From Clostridiales bacterium (GTDB taxonomy: Bacteria > Bacillota > Clostridia > Saccharofermentanales > Saccharofermentanaceae), in the NCBI GenBank assembly GCA_017513085.1, contig JAFWDK010000022.1:68919-132918 (forward strand): DNA of 64,000 nt, given 5' to 3'. The position numbers and the translations under genes were made by a program. This document shows positions 9,767 to 20,287 of this stretch, in pieces. Numbering within the stretch: position 1 is the stretch's first letter; each line of letters opens with the position of its first letter. Below the pieces are notes generated by a model. That model had not been told where the DNA came from, ran no database searches, and was given only the letters and a program-made list of their open reading frames with translations.

Positions 9767-10421
9767 AGCGGTATCCTGTTCCCCACACGGTGATGATGTG
9801 CACCGGCTTTTTCGGATCCTCTTCGATCTTCTCACGGAGCCACTTAATATGGACCGTCAGTGTCTGAATTTCCGATTCGCTGTCCGCACCCCAGATCGTA
9901 TTAAAAAGATATTCTTTCCGCAAGGTAGTGTTCTTGTTTTCGATGAGCAGACGAAGAAGAGAAAACTCCTTTTCTGTCACGACGATCGGTCGGTCATTCA
10001 CAAAAAGCGTCCTTTGTACGGTGTTTAATCTCAAAGGTCCATCAACGATTTCCTCTACTGCATATTTGCGCTTGAAAATGCCACGGATCTTGGCAAGCAG
10101 GATATCAATGTCGTACGGCTTCTCGATATAGTCATCCGCACCCAGCGCCAGCCCCTCGAGCTTGCTGTCCTTGTCGCTCTTGGCACTTGCAATAATGATG
10201 TGCGTATTGGAGGACTCACGGATCTTGCTGCACACGGCAAACCCATCGATCCCCGGCAACATGATATCCAGTACCATAAGTTTGGCTCCGTACTTCTCAA
10301 AAAGCTCTAGCGCCCGTTCTCCTGTCGGTGCGATGGCTACAGTGTAGTTTTCTTTTTTCAGAAAGTCGGAAAGAAGATTCCCGATCTCCTGATTGTCTTC
10401 ACAGATAATGATGTCCGGCAT
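9759..10421 (-). CDS. OmpR-family response regulator
   Basis: Receiver ED..LDIMLPG..GADDYIEKP; winged helix TVHIKWLREKIE..ITVWGTGY; RBS ggag before ATG 10421. Confidence 0.95.
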   Translation of the reverse strand: MPDIIICEDNQEIGNLLSDFLKKENYTVAIAPTGERALELFEKYGAKLMVLDIMLPGIDGFAVCSKIRESSNTHIIIASAKSDKDSKLEGLALGADDYIEKPYDIDILLAKIRGIFKRKYAVEEIVDGPLRLNTVQRTLFVNDRPIVVTEKEFSLLRLLIENKNTTLRKEYLFNTIWGADSESEIQTLTVHIKWLREKIEEDPKKPVHIITVWGTGYRYE

Positions 10422-10600
10422 TGAGTATCTCCAGTTTCTATCTCGCAAAATTATCGGATTATACGTTTATTATATCATGCAACAAATTTGCTCATGAAAT
10501 GCTAATCGGAAATAGGAATATGTTTCGATATTTCAGACCGGCAGCTCTTGTTGGAAAGAGGCGCAGATATTAGAATAGTCGAAGAAGGAGGAACTAAAAC

Positions 10601-11731
10601 ATGACACAGCTGAATCAGAGCGTCAAGAAGCATTCCTGTCCGACATGCGGAGGTCAGCTCACAGTTGACATCGCCAGTCAGATGTATGTATGTCCTTTCT
10701 GTGGTGTGAATTTCGACTACGAGTATTTCCGTGAAGACGATGTACTGGCACGTGCCTCCCGCGCATTGCAGGCCAAAGAATATAAATCGGCCGGAGAAGC
10801 TTACGATTTTATGCTGACTAAGGATCCTCACAATTTCGAAGCATTGCGTGGAAAAATACTTGTTTCCGCCGGCATTCCGACGATTCAGGCTCTTCGTCAG
10901 CCGGAGACGCTTCGTGGCATGAACTATAAAGTGGTACAGGATAATGTACTTCATGCGGTCGAGGTGTCCCAACCGGAACATACAGGCTATTTTTCCAAGA
11001 TGCAAGAGCTTCTCAAGACGGGAAAAGCGTATCAAAGCGAGGTCGGGAAGACCAGTTTGTCCCGTAATGAGCGGAAAGAGCAATATGCACGCATCCGCAG
11101 ATACGAACACAAGATCGATGAAGAGTACCTCAACTTTCCCGATCGGTGGGATCATGACGAAGTTACATCGGTTCATCCGAAGACCACGATCTTCGGCGCT
11201 CTGGCCATCTACGGTGTGTGGGTCCTGCTGATGGTGATCCTCCTGGGTACAGTAGGCGGGAAATCCTATTCATCCGATACTTCCCGGAAAGCTTCAATAA
11301 GCATCGTTACTTCGATCGTTCAGCCCGGGGCTAAAACAAGCGATCAAAGTTCGAAGAGCAAGGAAAACAATACGATCTCGAGATATTTGAAAGATTACGA
11401 TAGGCTAATCGCTCAGCCTTCCAGAGAAGCGAAAGAGAAGGAAGAAAAGGAGACGACGCGTTTTCTCTGGGGCTTGATCATTCTTCCCGGCCTGGCAGTG
11501 GCTGCATTTGTGGCATATTCAGCTTGGAAGTGGAATAACATCAAGCAATTTGAGGAGAAGATCCGACAGGAAGAAAAGATTGCAGGAGAGATCACTTCGC
11601 AGGTCAATCAGCATGAAAGTGAAGCGAACCGCCTTCGTGCGCAGATCAATAAACTATATTCAGAAATGATGAAGCTGGATCCCATGCCGGAGGCCATGCT
11701 GCCTTGGCCGAAGTCGAAAGAAAATAAATAA
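10601..11731 (+). CDS. Zinc-ribbon membrane protein of unknown function
   Basis: N-terminal CPTCGG..CPFCG, TPR-like helical segment, two TMs, C-terminal coiled coil; RBS aaggagg. Confidence 0.75.
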   Translation: MTQLNQSVKKHSCPTCGGQLTVDIASQMYVCPFCGVNFDYEYFREDDVLARASRALQAKEYKSAGEAYDFMLTKDPHNFEALRGKILVSAGIPTIQALRQPETLRGMNYKVVQDNVLHAVEVSQPEHTGYFSKMQELLKTGKAYQSEVGKTSLSRNERKEQYARIRRYEHKIDEEYLNFPDRWDHDEVTSVHPKTTIFGALAIYGVWVLLMVILLGTVGGKSYSSDTSRKASISIVTSIVQPGAKTSDQSSKSKENNTISRYLKDYDRLIAQPSREAKEKEEKETTRFLWGLIILPGLAVAAFVAYSAWKWNNIKQFEEKIRQEEKIAGEITSQVNQHESEANRLRAQINKLYSEMMKLDPMPEAMLPWPKSKENK

Positions 11732-11813
11732 GTACAGCCGCTATAGAAAAAGAAACATCTTCACATATATGTGGTATACTTGTATGTAAGTTAAATGAAA
11801 GTGGGTATTTCTT

Positions 11814-14744
11814 ATGGGTTTTACATTGTCGAAGAAGAGTATTATGGCCGGAGAAGTAGCATTCATTTATGACTCGGAGATACCGAGTGGCGTAAAAAAG
11901 ATCACGGAGAAAGTCATAAGCGATCTGAAGGCAGTGTTCGGCGAGGGCCCGGAAGCCTATGATGCGAAGAAGCTTACCAAGGCGGTATCCGCCCGTATAA
12001 AATACCCGATCCTGGTAGGGATCTGCGGCTGTAACATACTTACAAAGCTTGAGAAATCAGGCCGGATCGACTTATCTGATGTGACAGGCAAGAGAGAGGT
12101 CTACCAGCACAAAGTCGTGGAAGATTTCCCACAGGAAGTATTAAATGGAAATAAAACGAGTGCACTCGTGATAGCAGGTTCTGATAAGCGGGGAGTCATC
12201 TACGGACTTTTCGCTCTGTCTGAGAAACTGGGAGTATCTCCTTTCATCGATTGGCTGGATGTGCAACCGGCGAAGAAGAAAGAATTTGAGTTCCCGGCTA
12301 AGTATATGTTTACATCCCGTGAGCCGTCTGTACGGTTCCGTGGCTTCTTCATCAACGACGAGTGGCCGGCTTTCGGCAACTGGTGCAACAAGCGTTTCGG
12401 CGGTTTCAATGCCAAGTGCTATGAGCATGTTTTCGAACTGCTTCTGCGCTTGAAAGGTAACTATATGTGGCCGGCTATGTGGTCAGCGATCTTCCCGAAC
12501 GATGGACCGGGACTGGCAAGTGCGGAACTGGCCGATGAGTTGGGTGTAGTCATGGGAATGTCCCACCATGAGCCATGCCTGCGTCAAGGCGAGGAATATA
12601 AATATCTTCGCGGACCGGGCTCCATTTACGGAGATGCCTGGAATTTCCTTTCCAACGAGAAAGGCATCACGAAGTTCTGGGAAGATGGACTTAAGCGTAG
12701 CGGCAAGTTCGAAAATGTCATCACCGTAGGCATGCGCGGCGAGGCAGATACTGCCATTATGGGCAAGGACGCGACCTTGAAGGATAATATCGATCTTTTG
12801 CGAAAAGTACTGAAGACACAGAATAAGCTGATCCGTAAATACGTTAATCCGGATCTGGACGAAGTGCCTCGTATGCTGGCGCTTTATAAAGAAGTGGAGC
12901 CATATTTCTATGGCGATGAGAAGACCCCCGGCCTCATGGGCGATCCGGAACTTGACGGCGTGACCTTGATGCTGTGCGACGATAACTACGGAAATCTCCG
13001 TACCGTTCCGACTCCTGAGATGCGGGAACATAAGGGCGGGTATGGTATGTACTATCACTTTGATTATCACGGATTCCCGATCTCTTTTGAGTGGTACAAT
13101 ACGACGCACCTTTCCAAGGTCTGGGAGCAGATGACCATGGCGTATGATTTCGGCATCCGGGATCTCTGGATCGTCAACGTCGGTGACATTTTCAGCAATG
13201 AATATCCGTTGGCTTTCTTCCTTGATCTGGCGTATGACTTTGACCGTTGGGGAACATCTAATAAAGACGCAGCTCGAGAGTACACGAAGCATTTTGTCGA
13301 CAAAAACTTCGGACAGGAGCTTGCGCCTTCGCAAAAGAGAAAGACGTCTGAACTTCTTCTCGGCTATACCCGTATCACGCATGCACGCCGTACGGAAGCT
13401 ATGAATGATTCGGTCTATGCGCCGTTCGCGTATGGCGAGACGGAGGCACTGCTTTCCAAGATCGATTCACTTATGAAAGATACGAAGAAACTGTACGGAA
13501 ATCTTTCCGGAAACGCCGCATATCGTTTTTATGAGATCGTATATCTCCCGCTGATGGCGAATCTGAATGTTCATAAGATGTGGCTGCTCACGACACTGAA
13601 CCACGCATATGCCAAGCGGGGCAGTACATATGCCATGACTTTGGCGGATGAGATCGATGCGTGCATGACGGAAGACCGCGAGATGGTTTCCGAACTTCAT
13701 AAGATCCATAAAGGTATGTGGTACGGAATGGGTCTGTCTGAGCATATCGGCTTTAAAAACTGGTGCGAAGAGGGATGCCAGTATCCTGTGATCCATACTT
13801 TTGAGCCTGCAAATAAATCGCGTCTGATCGTGGCGGTCCCTGGCACAGAGCAGTATTCCGAGGGTGGATTCTGGACACGCCGCACGCTGTTGTTCCCGTA
13901 CTTTATGGATCCTCGTTGCGACCGAGGAGTCATCGAACTGACCACGGCTTGTGCCACGAATGTGGCTTTTGAAGCAGAGTGTGACGAATCCTGTATCTTG
14001 CTATCCGAGACGAAAGGCGTGGCACGTGCTTTTGAGAGAAAGACACTGGTAGTCAGACTGAATCGTGAAAAGCTTGCGAAGACACAAAAGGAAGCTACGA
14101 TCACCGTGAAGAGCGGAGACGGATTTGTCAGGATCCTGGTTCCGCTTCCGGCTAAGACCAAGGTAGCTTCTTCACGCATGGCAGATCCGGCGGAAGCCAA
14201 TACGTTCCCGCTTTGTGAAGAGATCGGATTTGTTTCTATCGAAGCAGATCACTATAATGCCAAGACTTCCGGTGCCAAAGGTGATTTCGAGATGATCCCG
14301 GATTATAACCGTGGCTTTGCCGGCATGAAGGCCTACCCGCAGGATCGTACTTTCACGGCAAAGAAAGACGCTCCGACATTAACATATCGTGTGATCGTTC
14401 AGGAGGCGGGAAGTTATACACTTCGCCTGATGACCAATCCCGGCAACCCGCCGAGCAAGATTCCGGAACTGTTCTGCGGAGTCGCTGCCAATGGCGGCCG
14501 GATGAAGAAGATCAATACGATCCGGGACGGCTTTGCAGTCGGCGACGGTAACGATATATGGAGCAAGGGCGTGCTGGATAATCTTCGCACAACAGAAGTA
14601 TCGCTGGATCTGCAAAAAGGACCGAACACGATCGACATCACGGCAATCAGCCCGAATTTTGTCCTTGAGAAACTAGTGCTTTTCAAAGAGGGAAGGGCAC
14701 CGATGGATTCCTATCTCGGACCTACGGAGACATGGCACTCCTGA
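11814..14744 (+). CDS. Glycoside hydrolase family 115 (alpha-glucuronidase)
   Basis: GSDKRG.IYG, PSVRFRGFFINDE, LLRLKGNYMWPAMW, SHHEP, GMRG, DDNYG, YYHFDY, WIVNVGD; no signal peptide. Confidence 0.93.
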   Translation: MGFTLSKKSIMAGEVAFIYDSEIPSGVKKITEKVISDLKAVFGEGPEAYDAKKLTKAVSARIKYPILVGICGCNILTKLEKSGRIDLSDVTGKREVYQHKVVEDFPQEVLNGNKTSALVIAGSDKRGVIYGLFALSEKLGVSPFIDWLDVQPAKKKEFEFPAKYMFTSREPSVRFRGFFINDEWPAFGNWCNKRFGGFNAKCYEHVFELLLRLKGNYMWPAMWSAIFPNDGPGLASAELADELGVVMGMSHHEPCLRQGEEYKYLRGPGSIYGDAWNFLSNEKGITKFWEDGLKRSGKFENVITVGMRGEADTAIMGKDATLKDNIDLLRKVLKTQNKLIRKYVNPDLDEVPRMLALYKEVEPYFYGDEKTPGLMGDPELDGVTLMLCDDNYGNLRTVPTPEMREHKGGYGMYYHFDYHGFPISFEWYNTTHLSKVWEQMTMAYDFGIRDLWIVNVGDIFSNEYPLAFFLDLAYDFDRWGTSNKDAAREYTKHFVDKNFGQELAPSQKRKTSELLLGYTRITHARRTEAMNDSVYAPFAYGETEALLSKIDSLMKDTKKLYGNLSGNAAYRFYEIVYLPLMANLNVHKMWLLTTLNHAYAKRGSTYAMTLADEIDACMTEDREMVSELHKIHKGMWYGMGLSEHIGFKNWCEEGCQYPVIHTFEPANKSRLIVAVPGTEQYSEGGFWTRRTLLFPYFMDPRCDRGVIELTTACATNVAFEAECDESCILLSETKGVARAFERKTLVVRLNREKLAKTQKEATITVKSGDGFVRILVPLPAKTKVASSRMADPAEANTFPLCEEIGFVSIEADHYNAKTSGAKGDFEMIPDYNRGFAGMKAYPQDRTFTAKKDAPTLTYRVIVQEAGSYTLRLMTNPGNPPSKIPELFCGVAANGGRMKKINTIRDGFAVGDGNDIWSKGVLDNLRTTEVSLDLQKGPNTIDITAISPNFVLEKLVLFKEGRAPMDSYLGPTETWHS

Positions 14745-14745
14745 G

Positions 14746-15762
14746 TTAAGGAGTGTATATTGCCAGTCTGTTGTAGAGGCTGTTATACGGGTTCTCTACA
14801 TCTTCGAAATACATGGCAAGAAAGTCCGGATCAAGGCCTTGTGGGTTCATGATGGTGCCGTCCGGTGTCATGATGATCTCGACAGACCGTGCATAGAAGA
14901 ACAGGAGATCTTCTCCACGGTGTTCTTTCAGGAACAGGTCTAATTCCGCAAAGCTGTCTTTACTCTTTCCAAGCGTAAAGTGGATCTGTCCATCTTCGCC
15001 ATCCACCCGGAAGAGAGTGATCCTGGCAATAAGATCTTCTCCGTTATAGATGAAGTAGTCCCGGACGCTTTGATCAATGGTCAAGGATTCACCGGACACT
15101 CCCTCGTAGGAGATATGACAAAAACCGTCTGTTTTGAATTGGAGATTATCTGTCGGCGATTTGTCTGAACTTAGGATCTCTTTCAAAAATCCATGGTTTT
15201 CCGTGAAAAAGGCTTCTGCCTCTTCGTTGGTGATAGGTTCTCCGACAAGAACGATGCTGAGATCTGAAGGGAATTGCGGTTTGGTCAGGACCACTCCGCT
15301 TGTTTCATCGCCGGAAAGACCCGGATGATCCGTGCTTTCTCTTCTGGTATCTTCTATGGTTTCTTCTATGGTTTCTTCTGTGACTGCGGTATTGGATTCC
15401 TCATATGTCAACTGAGCCTGGTTAAGTTCAGTTTGATCAGCCAGAGTGGGATCCGATACTTGCGAGTTATGCTCTATTATTTTGTGGTCATCCCGGTCAT
15501 TTCCCGTAATGCCGCCAGCAGTTGTGGGTACAGTGTTTTGGGTTCTTTTTCCGAAGAATCCTCCGTACCAGAGGCCGATGCCGACAAGTGCCACGGCAGC
15601 AATGTTTCCGGCAATGATCATGAATGTCCGCAGGTTTTTTCTGCGTCGTGAAGCGTCAACGGAAGTCACGCTTGTGATTTGAGGCTTCGTTTCTTCATGG
15701 GCTTCCAGGATGTATTTCTCGTCGATGTCGCCAAGGATCTCAAATAAAGAATCATTCTTCAT
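14746..15762 (-). CDS. Putative anti-sigma factor (single TM)
   Basis: Overlaps the ECF stop (ATGA); N-terminal LFEILGDIDEKYILEA helix, one TM, extracytoplasmic domain. Confidence 0.7.
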   Translation of the reverse strand: MKNDSLFEILGDIDEKYILEAHEETKPQITSVTSVDASRRRKNLRTFMIIAGNIAAVALVGIGLWYGGFFGKRTQNTVPTTAGGITGNDRDDHKIIEHNSQVSDPTLADQTELNQAQLTYEESNTAVTEETIEETIEDTRRESTDHPGLSGDETSGVVLTKPQFPSDLSIVLVGEPITNEEAEAFFTENHGFLKEILSSDKSPTDNLQFKTDGFCHISYEGVSGESLTIDQSVRDYFIYNGEDLIARITLFRVDGEDGQIHFTLGKSKDSFAELDLFLKEHRGEDLLFFYARSVEIIMTPDGTIMNPQGLDPDFLAMYFEDVENPYNSLYNRLAIYTP

Positions 15763-16319
15763 GAAAGCAGACCTCCTTCCAGTAAAAGAGTGCGTAATTG
15801 TTTCTTAAGTCGGTTTAGGGTTACGGATACAGAGTTTTCTGTCATATTCATTCGATCGGCGATGTCTTTGATGCTGTCTACGTACCAGAAACGGCAAACG
15901 AAGATCTTTCTTTTTTCAGGTGTAAGGGAGGATAAAAAAGTATTCACCACATCCAGTAATTCACGCTTTAAGAGTTCTCCGTCGGCTGTCTCGCTTCCCT
16001 CGATCACTTCACTGAGTTCATCCAGTACAAGAGGAAAATCTCCACCTCCGCGCTTGGCGGCGTGGTTTTTCTTATAGAGGTTGAGCGCCAGATTTCGAGT
16101 GATCCGGCCGAGAAAGGGTGCGATTACGTCGGGCTTTTTCGGTGGGATCGAGTTCCACAAGGACAGATATGCGTCATTTACACATTCTTCCGTGTCTTCG
16201 GTATTGTTTAAAATATTGTGTGCAATAGAATGGCAGAAACGACCGTACTTTTTCGATACAGCTTCAAGAGCCTGTTCGCTCCTTTCAAAAAATAATTGTA
16301 CGATCGAAGCATCGTCCAT
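15759..16319 (-). CDS. ECF RNA polymerase sigma-70 factor
   Basis: Region 2 (DTEECVNDAYLSLW..FLGRITRNLAL) and region 4 (SIKDIADRM..NSVSVTLNR); RBS ggaggtg. Confidence 0.93.
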   Translation of the reverse strand: MDDASIVQLFFERSEQALEAVSKKYGRFCHSIAHNILNNTEDTEECVNDAYLSLWNSIPPKKPDVIAPFLGRITRNLALNLYKKNHAAKRGGGDFPLVLDELSEVIEGSETADGELLKRELLDVVNTFLSSLTPEKRKIFVCRFWYVDSIKDIADRMNMTENSVSVTLNRLKKQLRTLLLEGGLLS

Positions 16320-16343
16320 CCAAACTCACCTCCCTTCGTAAAT

Positions 16344-16372
16344 ATTAACATATTTGAACTGCAAATCTTACA
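16344..16372 (-). promoter_or_regulatory. Candidate autoregulatory ECF promoter TGTAAG-N17-GTTAAT
   Basis: Lies just upstream of the ECF gene RBS; bipartite ECF-like layout. Confidence 0.4.
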
Positions 16373-16477
16373 ACTAGTTTTACGCGATTGTTACTGTTTT
16401 GTGGAGAGTTGCCGAGAAGTCTTATGAATGGCTTTTTTTCAGTATAATGAAGATACTACCGGAAAAGGGAGAATAGT

Positions 16478-18727
16478 ATGAGAAGAAAGCGACAGATACT
16501 TACTGCCTGGTGTACGATGGCGATCGTCTTTTCGATGATCGGAGGCAGCGGATGCACAAAAACGAATCCGTCTTCGACCATTTCCGAACACCATTCGGCT
16601 ATTTCGACAGACATATCGGTGAATACGCCGACTCCGACGGATACACCTACACCCACACCGACTCCGGATCCGGCTACGCTGATCAAGAATGAAGCGTTAG
16701 CGCTTGCCGAAGAGGTCGGCATGCCGGAAGAAGCACTTCGGGAGAAATACGAGTTTTTCCTGGAATATATGGATTGTGTCAAGAATAACCCGAATCTCAA
16801 TGGCTACAGGGGATATGCGGCACAGATCTTTCCCGTGGTCGCGGACCATCTGAAAGACGAAAACAAAGACCTGTTTTTAGGAAAACTTCGCGAACTGGTC
16901 ATGGAGACACAACAACTGTCTTCTACACAGGCAGGGGTGTGCTACCAGGATGATTGTTATATAAAAGTGTCCGATTCGGAAATGGCACAAAGCGAAAATT
17001 ACTGCATTGCCACGATATTTCACGAGTTGATGCATTTCGTGGATTATTACATTGACGGGGAGCACATGGACGAAGCAGTCTATGTCGGAGATAAATACAT
17101 CCGGTACGAAGATATGACAGATGAAGACTGGAATAATATGTCGGACATGCTTGTCGCGCATTTTATCATCGAAGGTGGCGCAGAGCTTTATTCGGCTAAG
17201 TACTTCATCAGGAGCATATTGTCTTATAAAGTGAGCGTCAATTTTCTGACGGGCCTTGAAATGATATTCGGAAGTGATGTTGTAGGATCGCTGTTTTTCT
17301 CCGGCGAAAGCACTATGGAATTCGTAAAACTTATGCAAGCGAGCGGTTTTACTAACGAAGAGATCAACAGAGCGGTCCTGACCCTGAATTATTATACATA
17401 TCCTGAACGGTTCGATAAGCCATACAAGCCGCTTTTTCCGGAAGAGATACTCATACGGTTGTACCGGAACAGGAAAGGGGACACTTGGAAAGAAGACAAG
17501 GAATTCTGTCATGTTCTTGCTTGTGTCCGATCCAATTATGAACGAACAGAAGAAAGCGAGTATGATGATTTCCTGGAGACTCTGAAGATCGATTATACAG
17601 GATGGGAAGATTGGAAAACGGAGTTACTCGAACAGATCGATCCTTCGATTTATGCAGTTTTCTGGAGCCACACAACGGATGGAATCTATCTTGACGGGAA
17701 ATTCTGCATCTCTGCCAGGATCTATACCGATAAGGATGATAACGATTATTATCAGCAAACACTTACCTTCGACTATGATTTTGAAAAAGAAAAAGTCAAT
17801 TCGTATGTGATTTCGGAACTGCCCTGCCCGAAGAAGATCCCGGATCCTGTTCCGTCAGGCGCGGAACTGGATAAAAGATTGGATTCTTTTGAGCACGATC
17901 ATGCACCCATGCATGCGCAAAAAGTGCAGGAAGGGGCGTTTTCCGATCTCCACGATCTTTATGCCCATTCGACGGAGATCGGAAATAAATATGGAGTAAC
18001 GATCCGGATCTGCGATCTGGTTCCCGATGACTACAAGTGGATGCAGAGGGAGACCTATGGTTCGGAAGAACGCAAAAACATTCAAAACTGTCTGGATAAG
18101 ATCGATGAAACGCTTGCGCAGTTCCCGGAAGGATACTTCGACCAGTTGAATTACGGATACTGGAGAGGTCTTGTGATCAGCCTGATCGATAATGACGACA
18201 TAGAGTATTATACCCGCAAATCATTCTATGACGGTGAATACCATATGGGAGTTTTTCTTACCGGTACGGAGAAAGGTCTGGAAACACTGGAAGAAGAATT
18301 GATCAAGAGTGTCTTCTACTATACGGAGATGCGTCTTCGCTTGATCTCGGAGAATATGCAGGAACCGTATTTCTCCGATATAACCTGGCGGGAAACCTAT
18401 AACCCGATGTACTTCCGGTATCGCGGAGAGAATACCGAACAATGGATCCAGCCATACTACGAGGAGTACAAAGATTATGTCGTTTCCAAAGAAGCGATGG
18501 AGACAGACTACAGCGACCGTTTCTGTCTGATGACGTATCTGATGAAGGCCGCATCTGATCCGGAAGCGAAGGTCATTACTCAGCCTTGCGTGGACAAAGC
18601 AGAGTACTACTGCGATTGTATAAGAAAATGTTTCGATACTTCCGGATGGCCGGAGACCTTGCCCTGGGAAAAAGCACTGGCAGACATGAAAGCAAAGCTT
18701 TCCCTGGAAGAGGAGGAGTCAGCATGA
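16478..18727 (+). CDS. Lipoprotein, putative zinc metallopeptidase (paralog of 43229-45433)
   Basis: Lipobox GSGC, PT linker, HELMH and downstream EGGAE (gluzincin-like third ligand). Confidence 0.7.
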   Translation: MRRKRQILTAWCTMAIVFSMIGGSGCTKTNPSSTISEHHSAISTDISVNTPTPTDTPTPTPTPDPATLIKNEALALAEEVGMPEEALREKYEFFLEYMDCVKNNPNLNGYRGYAAQIFPVVADHLKDENKDLFLGKLRELVMETQQLSSTQAGVCYQDDCYIKVSDSEMAQSENYCIATIFHELMHFVDYYIDGEHMDEAVYVGDKYIRYEDMTDEDWNNMSDMLVAHFIIEGGAELYSAKYFIRSILSYKVSVNFLTGLEMIFGSDVVGSLFFSGESTMEFVKLMQASGFTNEEINRAVLTLNYYTYPERFDKPYKPLFPEEILIRLYRNRKGDTWKEDKEFCHVLACVRSNYERTEESEYDDFLETLKIDYTGWEDWKTELLEQIDPSIYAVFWSHTTDGIYLDGKFCISARIYTDKDDNDYYQQTLTFDYDFEKEKVNSYVISELPCPKKIPDPVPSGAELDKRLDSFEHDHAPMHAQKVQEGAFSDLHDLYAHSTEIGNKYGVTIRICDLVPDDYKWMQRETYGSEERKNIQNCLDKIDETLAQFPEGYFDQLNYGYWRGLVISLIDNDDIEYYTRKSFYDGEYHMGVFLTGTEKGLETLEEELIKSVFYYTEMRLRLISENMQEPYFSDITWRETYNPMYFRYRGENTEQWIQPYYEEYKDYVVSKEAMETDYSDRFCLMTYLMKAASDPEAKVITQPCVDKAEYYCDCIRKCFDTSGWPETLPWEKALADMKAKLSLEEEESA

Positions 18728-18842
18728 AGAATTCAGTGCTTTTGAAGTTGAAATGCTGAAAAGATGTGTTATACTTGCATATGCTGTGTATTTATAACCT
18801 ATTATAAGACTATTATAAGAAACCCGAGAGTCGGAAGATCTG

Positions 18843-20189
18843 ATGAGAAGTTGGCTGCTAAGTAATAAAAATATAGAGAAAAACAGTTATATCTGGAATA
18901 TGGCCGGAAGCATGCTCAATGCTTTCCAGACTGTGATCATGTATATGATCCTGGCCCGTACCGTGGGAAACACGCAGACCAGCGTTTTCTCCATCGCATA
19001 TGCTCACGCAAGTTTGTATTTGAATTTAGGAAACTACGGAATGCGTAATTTCCAGGTTTCCGATATCAAGAAGAAGTATTCTTTTAACGAGTACTTCGTA
19101 TCCCGTTTGATCTCTACGGCGATGATGATCGCCTTTGCACTCGTGCACCTCTTTTTCATCGTTCGCTCAAACAGTTACACCAATGAGAAGATCTGGATCA
19201 TGATCTGGATGATCCTTCAGAAATCCGTGGATGCGATCGAGAATGTCTACCACGGACAATATCAGCAGAATAACCGTCTGGATGTCGGCGGACGCTGCAT
19301 GACGGTCCGTATGATCCTTCTGTATATCTGCTTTGGCACGGCGCTGATCGTAACGAAGGATCTTCTTGTATCCCTTGTTTTTTCCACGATCACGACGTTC
19401 CTGTTCTTCGTGATCCTGACCGCCTGGACGCGTCATCTGGCGACCAAACCGGTGGAGAAGGAAATGCCGGAGGGCGCTGCAGAACCGAAGAGACTGATCT
19501 GGCAAAAGGTCGGAGCTCTTTTGTGGCACTGCTTCCCGCTGTGCGCCGGTCTGTTCCTCTCGTTCTATATCGGCAATGCGCCGAAGTATGCGATCGATGC
19601 TATCTTCCCGGATCTTCAGGCCAGGTATAACTATATCTCCATGCCGGTGTTCGTAGTCGGTATGCTGAATAATTTTATCTTCATGCCGCAGATGACATCT
19701 TTATCCAAACTCTGGCAGAACAGGGATATGAAGAAGTTTACCAGAAAGATCCTCATGCAGGTATTGATCCTCGCGGGTATCACGGCAGTTTGCCTTGCCG
19801 GTGCATTCCTTCTCGGTATTCCGGTGCTGTCCTTCCTTTACAGCACAGATCTTGCCGAGTATAAATCCGCGCTTCTTATCCTGATCATCGGAGGAGGATT
19901 CCTGGGATTGACCGGTTTCCTGAATGCCGTGATCACGATCATCCGTTGCCAGAAATTCACGATGTTCGGCTATGCGGCAGTCGCTTTGGCAGCATTACTG
20001 CTTTCCAACAAAGTGGTGGAAAAATATGAAGTGAATGGTGCTTCCGTGCTGTACCTTGCGCTAATGGCAGTACTGAGCCTGATTTTTGTTATCATGCTGG
20101 TGATCGGGATCCAGGTTAAAAAGAACAAGCCTGATCTCAAAACAGTATCCGAGGATGAGCGGGCAGCAGCAGGAGATTCGAACTCTTAA
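18843..20189 (+). CDS. Wzx/MOP-family oligosaccharide flippase
   Basis: Many TM helices; KNSYIWNMAGS, YGMRNFQVSD, NAPKYAID pattern of clostridial polysaccharide exporters. Confidence 0.8.
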   Translation: MRSWLLSNKNIEKNSYIWNMAGSMLNAFQTVIMYMILARTVGNTQTSVFSIAYAHASLYLNLGNYGMRNFQVSDIKKKYSFNEYFVSRLISTAMMIAFALVHLFFIVRSNSYTNEKIWIMIWMILQKSVDAIENVYHGQYQQNNRLDVGGRCMTVRMILLYICFGTALIVTKDLLVSLVFSTITTFLFFVILTAWTRHLATKPVEKEMPEGAAEPKRLIWQKVGALLWHCFPLCAGLFLSFYIGNAPKYAIDAIFPDLQARYNYISMPVFVVGMLNNFIFMPQMTSLSKLWQNRDMKKFTRKILMQVLILAGITAVCLAGAFLLGIPVLSFLYSTDLAEYKSALLILIIGGGFLGLTGFLNAVITIIRCQKFTMFGYAAVALAALLLSNKVVEKYEVNGASVLYLALMAVLSLIFVIMLVIGIQVKKNKPDLKTVSEDERAAAGDSNS

Positions 20190-20211
20190 AAATCTACCGG
20201 GGGGAATACGG

Positions 20212-20236
20212 AAAACCCTTGCAGGCAAGGGTTTTT
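20212..20236 (+). terminator. Rho-independent terminator
   Basis: aaaacccttgc/gcaagggtttt stem with T-run. Confidence 0.7.
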
Positions 20237-20241
20237 GGAAT

Positions 20242-20270
20242 TTGACAATAATGAACGATAGCGTTACGAT
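20242..20270 (+). promoter_or_regulatory. SigA promoter
   Basis: TTGACA-N17-TACGAT. Confidence 0.75.
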
Positions 20271-20287
20271 AAATAAAAAACGGTGGC

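Noticed and set aside
15340-15380. 12-bp repeat encoding ETIEETIE in the anti-sigma linker
   Set aside because: Two to three copies in a low-complexity linker; unremarkable.
20158-20190. tRNA T-arm-like sequence on the minus strand (agagTTCGAATctcc) at the flippase 3' end, a possible att remnant
   Set aside because: Lies inside the CDS, the stem is imperfect, and there is no D or anticodon arm, no CCA, no second copy and no integrase.
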